A stretch of DNA of 64,000 nt from Intoshia linei (Eukaryota; Animalia; Orthonectida), in the NCBI GenBank assembly GCA_001642005.1, contig LWCA01000014.1, forward strand, positions 1 to 64,000, given 5' to 3'. The position numbers and the translations under genes were made by a program. Each line of letters opens with the position of its first letter. Within the stretch, counting starts at the first letter, position 1. Below are positions 54,201 to 64,000 of this stretch, in pieces. The notes below the pieces were generated by a model. The model was not told the DNA's origin. It worked only from the letters and a program-made list of their open reading frames with translations, and ran no database searches.

Positions 54201-55761
54201 AAATGTGATTAAGCTGGCTAGTACTTATAAAAAAAAATAAATTAATTTAAATTTAGGGAAATGTTCTAAAATAAGTTTAAAACCACTTGAGAAATTAAAA
54301 AAGGCTGATTTGAAAAAAAATTCAGCGTACTTTATCATTATTAACAATAATAATTGTTTAAATTGTAATTTAGAAATAGAAATAAAAAAATAAATAAAAT
54401 AGATAATAAACATTTTATTTTTGGAATCCAAGCATCAGAAGACGAAAAAAATTATTGTAAAGTAATTAAAAATGTGAGAAATGAACTTCGAACGGTTTTA
54501 GATGGGTTACTAGCTGAAATAGACGTACATTCAACTATTGTGCCGATAAACATGATAATTTTGTAGATTTACTATAGACAAAAGGGTACTAGGCCTAGTA
54601 CAAGAGAAGGAATAGTTTATGAATATTTTGATGATTGTATAGCTGATATTTTATCAATTATGACAAAATATTATGATGAAGCGGTTCAGAAGCATCAAGA
54701 TATATTCATAACATTTTGTGATAATGTACAACAATTTCAAAGCAGTTTAAAAATGATTCCTATTGGAGTTGTACAGGTAGAGTCCAAATGACTTTTATTG
54801 ATTTATATAGGAAGAATTTTTGACACAATCTCGATCAATGAAATCATTTATTGATGAAAAATTAGCTGACCATCACAAAGAAATTAACAAATTTAATAAA
54901 CAAATGGTAATCAACAATAATGAATATTCATCTAGATTTTGTAGGAAGCTTTAGAAAAAAGTTTATACCCTGCATTTGGACACCCTAGTAAACGTTATAA
55001 ATTGACAGAAATGAACGAAATCGAACAAAAATTGTACTCTGAATTTATACAATATAATAAAGTGGAATTGGATAAGCACTTGGTAAAATAAATAAAATTC
55101 TATAAAACTAATATTTCATAGGAAATATCAATGTCTCATAAATCAATACTAAGTGAAATAAAAATGTTCACTGTAAAAATTATTGAAGAATCAGAAAACA
55201 CAATATCTATAGAATCCATTATCAAATCAGGTATATTTTTTAGTTAAAACAATCATTGTTGACTAGAAAAATATACTCAAGAAATTGGTGATTTATTAAA
55301 TGAAAAATATTTCAATTACATGGCCAACGTGGAACAAGGCGGCGACTACCAACCTATTGATTTAACGTTTATAGGCATTATTTTAATCTTTATAAAAATT
55401 ACTTGCTTTTAGACAATTTAAAAAATATGCCCGATTTAAATGCGGATTCATTTGACAATAAGGATTTAGCAATACTTGAAAATAATGTTAATTTTTTAAA
55501 ACTAGACATGGAGAAGATAGTATCAAAAATTGATATATCGTCTCTTAATGAACAAGATAAATGTACCGTCAAAATTATTATCAAATGTTTAAAGGTTCAA
55601 ATTTAAAATATTATTATATTGTTTAGTTATTTATTTATAATTTTACACAAGAAAATCTACTCATGAAAATTAACGATTGTAAAAAAATTTATAATTCTCG
55701 ATTCAAAGCACATACGGCATGGGAATGTTGTTTACAAAATATTTTGGATTTGTACAATTAA
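45218..55761 (+). CDS. CCDC180: Coiled-coil domain-containing protein 180-like, many exons
   Basis: KIAYLTESEIRSLIE / INIHLISNKR (DUF4455-like), TFNDGGNFNQEE, FYYRQKGTRPSTR and LYPAFGHPS (DUF4456-like). Body from 47453 is well supported; 5' exons 45218-45240 and 45933-45984 are tentative. Confidence 0.8.
45444..45675. mobile_element. hAT (Buster-like) MITE
   Basis: CATTGGTTATCAACC / GGTTGAAAACCACCG; TSD ctctaggg/ctctagaa; repeated subterminal CGCGACCC motifs. Confidence 0.75.
46491..46498 (-). terminator. Pol III terminator (T8) of tRNA-Asp
   Basis: Oligo-T run directly after the tRNA 3' end. Confidence 0.85.
46499..46570 (-). tRNA. tRNA-Asp (GTC)
   Basis: TCCTCGGTAGTATAGTGGTAAGTATACTCGCCTGTCACGCGAGTGACCCGGGTTCAAATCCCGGCCGGGGAG forms a full cloverleaf with A and B boxes. 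Confidence 0.98.
46810..46984. mobile_element. pogo/Tigger-like MITE
   Basis: TA|CAGTAATACT ... GGTATTACTG|TA. Confidence 0.75.
50450..51398 (+). mobile_element. Non-autonomous Helitron-like element in CCDC180 intron
   Basis: Family A tandem subunits followed by TGTTTGTACGAAGTACAAAACAGCCAAGCTAG|T. Confidence 0.6.
53269..53483. mobile_element. hAT (Buster-like) MITE
   Basis: CGGAGGTGGGAA / TTCCCCATCTCTA; TSD gtttagac/gtttagaa. Confidence 0.6.
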
Positions 55762-56338
55762 ATTGATTTTGTTTCACTATTTGCAGGTTCTTCAACTTTT
55801 GCTTCAGCTTCAGCAACAATTTTCGGGTTGGTTGTTTCTTCAATTATTCGTTGTTCTTCTTGTTTTCTCAGATATAATGCAAATCGGCGTTTACGTTCTT
55901 TGTTTATTTCATGGATTAAATCTTTTTTTATGATTTTATGTTTCAAACTTTTCAACTCTATATGAGTACGTAGCACTTTCTATGCAATTTATTAGTTTAA
56001 TGAAATAATAATAAACCTTAGTGTTGTCACTCATATCAGAAACGTCATCACGAATTATTCGTCGGTCATTACAAAAACCAAAAATAATAGAAATTAATTT
56101 GGATACTATCAAGGCGCTCGCTAATGCTCCAATTGCAATCTAATTTTAGGATTTACAATTTATAATAAACAAAAATAACAATGGCTTGTGGTAGACCGTT
56201 GTATGGGTCGTACACGGGAACAGAAATATTAGCTTCTAAATATAGCAGATTTGGAATATGTTATTATTTGTAAATACCACTTCCCGGTAAAATTGGTAAA
56301 GATGAAACAAACGAAACACATAAAAATAAAATTAACAT
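55758..56338 (-). CDS. Orphan small type-I membrane protein, 4 exons, ~155 aa
   Basis: In-phase GT-AG splicing gives signal peptide MLILFLCVSFVSSLP, a short ectodomain, TM AIVIFIAIGALASALIVSKLISIIFGF and a charged tail ending SETKSI*. Confidence 0.7.
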
Positions 56339-56392
56339 TAACCAACAAAGTTTCTATAATACTAAAATGACCCACATAGCAAAAAGGTTTAA

Positions 56393-59300
56393 TTACAAAC
56401 AATTGTAACATTTCTGCAAAGTATTCAATTGTTTTAAATAAATATTGCTACTGTTGCTAAAGCTTGTATAAACTTGCAGAGTTTTTGGCATTATGTTTAA
56501 TATTTTCCCGTATATATCTAAACGAAATTCAATACGTGCAAAAAAACACTACCTATTATGCATTTGATTGAATCTATTAAAATTGGTGTTGCGTGGTTTT
56601 TATACAAGTTTCTAAAATAATGTCGGAATAGTATAATAATAATATACTCGATAAAGTAATTCAAAACTTTTTCAATGTATTCATCGCTTCTGTCTCGGAA
56701 AGCCTAATAGAAAATAGAAAAATATCATCACAATATACCATATCTAGTGAATCCCGTCTAATGAGCTCTCGTAGTACGGGTATAATTATCCATAAACTTC
56801 TTTTCTCACTCTAAACATAATTATGTTTAAACAAAACAACTTTACCAAAAATACGCTATCAAATGCATTTTTATTGTTAAATTTCAAAAAACATTTATCA
56901 TAAGATTGCAATTGCTTCGGGTTCTTTGGAATATATATTTTTTCATCCTAAAATGTAATGACTAAAAAATTGTAAAAATTACAATTTTTATAGTATCCTC
57001 TGAATTATGTTCAATTTTCAAACTTTCTAATTTGTTATTCAAGCTTCCTAATGCAATATATTTCTTATCATTCTATTTAATCAAAATAGTTTAAAAACAA
57101 AATATAATGAAATACCGATATTGAACTGCATATTAAAGGATCAGTAGATGTATATGACGCAAATAAATTGAAATTTTCCATGTCATATATTCTCACACAA
57201 CTAAATTATAAAAATATATTATATGAACTAAAGTTCAAGAAAGGGTGCCAAACAGAGGTGGATCTAGGATTTTCAGCCAGGTGGGCTAAACTCATATAAT
57301 GTATTTAAATTTGAATTTTTATATTATAATTATTAATATATTTCTTTATTTATAATAATGTATATTATTTTCTAGTTTTCATTCTAATACATTCTTCTCT
57401 CGGTAGACAGCCCCCCTGCACCTCATTTATATCCGATACTGGTGCCAAATTGGGTAATTCCTGATAATAATGGTAATGTTTAAACTATAATTCGAACCTT
57501 AACTTATTTAAAATAAAAAATTATATAATTATAAATAATATTTAAAACATAAGATATTTTTACATTCAAAATAAGTTGAAAATACAAGCTAATTCCTCGT
57601 TAACAAAATAATTAACCCTGAACAAAAATATCTTTCGTTGACGGATATTATATAAATAATGTATACATTAAAAAAGTGGTTCCTGGTAAAGTAAAAATAA
57701 GACTGGGGATCTATGAAAAATAAAATATAAAAAAATTTTGATCAATTTTTTTTTATTTTTATAGGAAAATTTTTCATATTTATTACAGACTTTCGAGGTG
57801 TTGATTATCCAAAATCCTAGACGACCGTTACATAATCATTTCAAAAATTCCTCAGGGAAAAATTGACTTTTATCGATATTTTTTTGAAAAATTAACTTAA
57901 TCAAACCACAAAAAAAAAATCCAATTTTACCAACCCTAAAATAAAACTCCAATATTACCAACGCTTAAAAAAAATTTCCTCTTGTTCCAATAATATTTTG
58001 AAAACTACGATTATACTAAATCTTAGCAACAACTTAATCCTAATCCAAAACACCAATAAAAATTAAAATTTTACCACCCCTCAATATAAAAATCCTCTTT
58101 TTCCAATATTTTTTTGAAAAAAATTTTCATCAATGTTTTATATTTCATGTTTCCCTTAGGGTCCAAAAAAATAAACATTTTGAAATTGCGATCCTTACAC
58201 TATTTGAACTGGAAACACTGCATTAAAACAATGAAAATATTCTGATTTTCATTCAACTTATCCTATATTTGCAGGTCATTTCATATATTTAATAATCAAT
58301 CATTATTAATCAAGAATAAAATAAAATGTATTACGTACCTAAAGTTTTTAATTTGAACAGAAAAAGATTTAGTATAATTATGATGCTAGTAATTTTAAGT
58401 TAAAATTTAATGGAATTTTTGTACTTTAGAAAAATTCAGTCCGTTAATCAGGTATTTCTTTCCGTTCACGAGGAATTCCGTTACATAGGAATTAATAGAG
58501 ATCAGATACATTATTACCAATCAGACTTACACATTTCAATTTAAAGAAATATATTTTCATGTTAAAATAAATATACCGATCCAGAGATGTGTGCATAAAC
58601 ATGTTTTGATCATCGAAAACTGTGAAACTGGTTATTGGTTTGTACCATTTTTGTGAAAAAATAATTTTTTTAGTATTGAAATCCAAAAGGTGAACCATAT
58701 TGCCTTCTAAATTAATAAATAATTTATTTATATTCATATTCAAATGGTACCTGCAATAAGTGCCAATTTTTGATGCTTTAATAGTTCAACTGTATAAACG
58801 GGGTTATCAAATTTATAAGTAAAAAAAGAAGAAATTGTGGGATCTCTAGTATCTATTAAACTAATTGAACAATCCTCTGAACCGGATAAGATCAAATGTT
58901 CGTTTAAGCGTTGAGTTGATATTGAATTTATTTTATCCTATAATAATTTAAATGTTATTACCAGTAAATAAATATATTTTTCAAGAAATTGGTTAATTAA
59001 AATAAAATAATAAATTTAAACAAGTGCGACCTTTAACCACTGACTCTCATACCTTCAAAAATAAATAGTGGCATATTTATCAAATCATGATGACTAACCA
59101 TTTCTTCATACTAAATATATAATAAAATAAAACATACGCTATGAATTTGTTTATTATATAAAACATCGGCAGTAGAAATATCCCATAATCTTAAACAAGC
59201 ATCTTGACCAGCAGTAGCTAATACAACACCAGGATTGCCAACAAATGAAACAGATTCTATTGATCTAATAAATTTGATAATTTATCATCACATATTGATT

Positions 59301-59776
59301 TTCAGGACAATAAAATAGGTAAAATAAAACCCATGCATATTTTTATCTTTCATAAAAATACTACTTAGAAAATCAAAAATATACCCTAAATGACCATGAA
59401 ATCTGCGTAGAACACTAAAACTCTTGGCATTTACAATTGCAGCATGACCGTCTTCAGACCCAGTACAAATTAATCTATTATCAAATCTGAATTTGCAAGA
59501 ATTAATAGGACTTTTGAAACATCCTTTGGATTTTATTTTTTCCAGATCGTAATTATATAAACAAATCTACATGTAAAATGTTCAAAAACATATTAATACA
59601 AAATATAAACCTGGGTAGCATAAGAAATTAACAAAACTTCTTCATCAGTAGAAAAATTTACAGAGGTAACTTTATTATTAAAATTTATTGAAGCATTTGG
59701 CTAAACAAATCATTATATATAAAATATAATATTGTATCTGAATTTTAGAATCAAAACGTAACTAAACAAATTTCAT
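56393..59776 (-). CDS. UTP15: U3 snoRNP WD40 protein UTP15
   Basis: FRFDNRLICTGSEDG, VLRRFHGH, LRLWDI, TSLDRCVRIYD and UTP15 C-domain LQSYDKCFLKFNNKNAFD / VLRELIRRDSL. Start codon uncertain. Confidence 0.85.
57253..57441. mobile_element. hAT (Tip100-like) MITE in UTP15 intron
   Basis: CAGAGGTGGATCTA / TATATCCGATACTG; perfect TSD gtgccaaa. Confidence 0.8.
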
Positions 59777-60615
59777 GCAATACCAAAATCAAATATTTCA
59801 AATATATTGTATGACAATTTACGCTTATAACAACCCGGAAAAGGTAACGCGTAGTTTAACTGACGGATTTAAAATTTAAATTTAATTGCGGATAAATTTG
59901 TATTGTTGGATCAAATCAACCATTAAACAAACTGGGAATATCAGGATGCTATTTTTTGGATGTTAGGTGTTTCACCCTATATTTTGCCCAAAATGTTGTA
60001 TTAATACGTCATTTAAGTGTATTTGTATTGTTTAACTTTTTTTTAAAAAAAATTGATGATCATTAGATAAAAAAAATTTTGAATGTGTCTTACATTAAAG
60101 TTTTAAAATTCAAAATCACTGATATACAAATAGGAAATTAATATATTTTAATTACCAAATATGTAACATTTTGATGAGTTCTTTGATTAGCATAGCTGGA
60201 GTCTATCGAAGTTATAACCGGAAAGAAACGTTTCTGTTTGTATTTATTTACAAAATGTACATCTTTCATTTGGGCCATTCAATTAAAAAGTAAAATAAAA
60301 TTATAACAACCAACTGATACAAATATAAATAACTATTTTAAATTTGAAATTTGAAATTTGATAAATAATGACGATAATGTATATAATTAGTGTAGTTGTG
60401 ACAATATTTTTATTTAACTAATGAAATTATTCATTATCGATCAAATTACAGTACAATAATTTATAAAATAACCCTTTGAGGAATATTCGTTATTTTAAAA
60501 TGAGATTTGTTGTAAAATTTAAAATAAACTATGCGGAATTACATTTTATTTATTACACCACGTATCATTTTTGTACTAATATACTTTCTTAGTATGCTTT
60601 CTGGGTACTTTAATG

Positions 60616-61231
60616 CAGCGGTTTTCAACCTTTTTCGGGCTATAGCCCAAAAAAGTTTAAAGTATCAATAAAAGTGTTAAAAAATAATAATCAACAAGTA
60701 TATTTAAATTTTTACTAGTTAGTCTATTAACTGTTAGTGACTGCTTTGGCATTAGTGTTTGTTGCACAATGAATCGTGATCAATTTCTATTAGTTTATTC
60801 AATCTTAATCGCATTATTCCTCGGTTGTTCACATCCAATTTTGACCTCTTCTTACTAAAAATATCGACCACTGCTGAAAATCCAGTTTCTACAAGCCATG
60901 TTGTAGGAAAAGCAATAATGCTTATTTGAACATAATCAAACACAATTGGATTTGATTCTTGAATTTCCATAAATTCAAATACATCTTCCTTTTTTATTCG
61001 TCTTACTAATTTCAAATCTTCTTTTAAATCCAAGAGTTTTTCAGTTAGTTCAGACCTGGTTTCATCATCTGGTTTAAAGTTTTGAAGATCTGTAAACCAT
61101 AATTCCAAATTTATATTTCAAATTCATTATGCATTTATAAATTTTGTTTTGGTTAGCAATTTTATAGCTTAATATACACCAAATTATTTTTAATGTTGAA
61201 AATTTTCTGTGGCCCACGTTGAGAACCCCTG
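60616..61231 (-). mobile_element. hAT Buster-family deletion derivative retaining transposase C-terminus (ORF 60752-61108)
   Basis: TIRs CAGCGGTTTTCAAC / GTTGAGAACCCCTG; perfect TSD ctttaatg; AFPTTWLVETGFSAVVDIFSKKRSKL dimerisation-domain motif. Confidence 0.93.
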
Positions 61232-61429
61232 CTTTAATGTACTAAGTTTTACTAAATTTCAAAAGCCAATAAATTTTACATTGTTTACATCAATAATTAA
61301 TTATAGCATAGACTTTTGCGATTTTATAATTTATTGATATTATCTATCCTCATTTAGATAATAGCTTGACTATTATGTACTTAGCCTAAGTCTCAGAAAC
61401 AGCACCTGACTATTTTTATAAATATTTCT

Positions 61430-61870
61430 ATTACAGTTTTTCGAGAGTAATTTTATCGCAAATTTATAATAAATAAAATAAACAAATAAAATATATATAA
61501 TCTGATAAAGATTGTAAATTCATCAACATTATGATAATTTTCAATTTCAAAATTTTATATCTTCATGGCCAAAGCCACAAATTACCATTTTATGTAAAAA
61601 TTAAAAAAGTCCCAGAATTTTATACAATATAAATTCTGAGGTAGTTTTTAAAATCATAACCATTATCATAAATGGCAACCTCAAAAAAGTGTATTTTCAC
61701 GATCAAAATTCCAGATTACCCTTTGTTAAAAAAATGAAAACAGACGCAGAATTTAAAAAAAATTACAGATGATACAATTATATCCAGTTAACACACAAAA
61801 ATTTTTAATCTGACAAACTGACGCCTTCACGGTAAAAAAACTAGTTTAGTATTAATTTTTTTATTTCGAA
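61430..61870 (+). repeat. Family A repeat copy
   Basis: Closely similar to ~28830-29230 and, inverted, to ~11390-11640. Confidence 0.75.
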
Positions 61871-62506
61871 ACTAAATTCACCGTTTTTAAAAATATAATA
61901 AGCGTAGCATTTAAAAATTAAATAAAGCTAAACATTTTTTCTATTTAGCATACTCAAAAAATTTAAACATCACAAAGTGTCACACTTAGGGTCAAAAAGC
62001 ACCCTAGTATTTCTTTTTTTATTTGGTAACTATTTTATAATACATATGTATAACAAAATATTTAAAACACGAAAAATTTTCAATAACAAATTGCCTTAAA
62101 ATTATAAAAAAAGGACAAAATAAATATTTTAGCAATGTTCTGATGTACAGTCCACCGAAAAACAACAACCGGGTCCAAGTTAAAAGTCTCTCCTTTAAGA
62201 CATTAAAATAACGGTCGAAATGAAATACATTATGAACACGTGCCGAAATTTCGATTCATGTCGGCTCTAATGTATTTTATTACTTTACAAATTTTTAAAA
62301 ATATGAAAATAAAGATAAATTTGTTTATCATGAATATACAAGACAATATTGATTGATTAAAAAGCTATGATTAATATTATAAAAAATTATCTGCAGTAGT
62401 CTAAGAAAAGTTATTTTATTAATCTATAGATACATCAAAACATATCATTTCTATGTTTCATTATGTATAGTGATTTTGTTTTTCTATAAAATCATCATAA
62501 ATATAA

Positions 62507-64000
62507 ATGGAAAACTTGAAATGTAACGTTTGCTTAAAATTACCAAAGAATGGGCACATGTGTACAAAATGTAGCAAAATTTTTTGTAAAGCTTGTATTG
62601 GAGTTTAATATATATGATATATATTATAATAAACTATTTAGAAGTGGCTGGCACAATCTAGCACATGCTCAAGTTGTCAGTAAATATATCCTTGAATGTA
62701 ATTTAAAAATATATCTAGACAATTTGTTCAATGGAAAGATTTCATTAGAGTTAGATGGTTGGACGAGTTTAAAGAAAGTGACATACCAGATAAAGAAATA
62801 TTGTAATTGACATAAATATATATACAAAATTATTGTTATAATGAGTTGTCGTTTTAGATGTCCTTTGCATAACAAAATTTATGAATTCTTTTGTAATGCT
62901 TGTACAAATGTATATTGTTCTTATTGTATAATTGATGATGTAAATTAAAATTTGAATGTATAATAATGTGGTTTTCTTTAGCATAAATATCACAATGTGT
63001 CAAAATTGGAAGATAAAATTTTAGAAGTAAAAGAAAAACTAAAACCAATGCTTAATAGAGATAAGGAATTATTTAAACAAATTGCAAAATTTAAAAAAAT
63101 ATTTGTATTTTAAAAGAGAAGTGAATTTTAAATATATTTAGAACACAGATTTATCTACTGATACAGAGAAAATTAAAACATTTTTAAATAAAATTTTGCA
63201 AGAAATCGTTGATTATACCGTACTTCAATTGGAAAGGGTAAATCAAAAATCAACTGATATGAAAAAGTACACAGACATGTTGGAAATTATACATGGTGAA
63301 ATTCAAGAAATCAGCGGACCAGCATTGATTAAGGCTGCTAGAAAATATTTCATTCATAAAGATACTAATAAAATACATGATAATTTAAAGTTTATAGACA
63401 TTTCAAGTAATAAAAATAATGTCAGGTAATATCATCATTAAATTTTACTACAATAATACTGTAGTTTTAATATAAACGTTGAGAAAGACTGTTTCACAAA
63501 ATTATTAATGTTACACGATTTAATTGGATGCAGTGAAGGAAACGTGGCAATTCAGTTTAATTGCCCAGAATTTTCATGTCAATCAGGTGCTTTTAATTTT
63601 TAGTTAAATTTATTAGCCAAAAATATTTTTAAAATTACATTTCATTATGATAACATTATGTTTAGATCAATATGATTCACAGTCTGATTATAGTGAACGA
63701 GGTAATATTTAATTATAAATTATTGTACCATCGGCCTCTATATTTCCATTAAAACGAATAACTTTTTATATTTATAACTGTTTTATATTTTCCAATTATG
63801 TGGTGATTTAAAAAAATATAATTTAATTTTTGTATTAGGGGCCATTCTTGATAACTACTAAAAAGTAGGAATATAGTGGTGTGTAATTATTTAGATCCAT
63901 ATTGCATAATTTTCATCATTTATTTAGATAGTTGGAATAATGGTTCGACTACATCTTTAAGCAGCAGTAATTATACTTTAATTTATAATAATAGCTAATT
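62507..64000 (+). CDS. TRIM (RING, B-box, coiled coil) E3 ligase, TRIM37-like; 3' end uncertain
   Basis: CNVC...MCTKCSKIFCKACIGKWL...CSSC RING, FIRVRWLDE, B-box CPLHNKIYEFFCNAC...CSYC...HKYH, then coiled-coil exons. Confidence 0.75.

Noticed and set aside
59053-59110. Possible poison cassette exon in a UTP15 intron
   Set aside because: Would need a 27-nt upstream intron, shorter than the others here; no further support.
1-64000. CRISPR arrays, rRNA or prokaryotic operons
   Set aside because: No regularly spaced repeats or rRNA motifs; the sequence is spliceosomal-intron eukaryotic DNA.

Overview
Very AT-rich, gene-dense animal DNA in the standard code, with mostly 30-45 nt GT-AG introns plus a few kb-scale introns full of DNA transposon debris. 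The style suggests a reduced parasitic invertebrate such as an orthonectid (inference only). Spliced gene models assembled by hand, left to right: two tandem rhodopsin-type GPCRs (one disrupted), ADP/ATP carrier, SMNDC1, an unprocessed Bax inhibitor-1 pseudogene missed by the ORF track, prospero, DLST, BRF1, a speriolin-like gene, UQCRH, a CUB/LDLa-like membrane protein, Aurora kinase, ZCCHC10, spinster, hairy/HES, CCDC180 (tRNA-Asp probably intronic and antisense), an orphan type-I membrane protein, UTP15 and a TRIM37-like RING/B-box gene. Mobile DNA includes many hAT MITEs with target-site duplications (TSDs), Tc1/mariner, pogo and piggyBac derivatives, and a Helitron-like family with internal tandem repeats. 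Most notable: (1) eleven consecutive genes alternate strands, with convergent stops typically 21-70 bp apart and one pair sharing a TTAA; (2) the single exception is a tandem pair 54 bp apart that looks operon-like; (3) prospero carries a U12-like twintron remnant; (4) several genes show recent decay. Exon boundaries were read manually and some start codons are uncertain.
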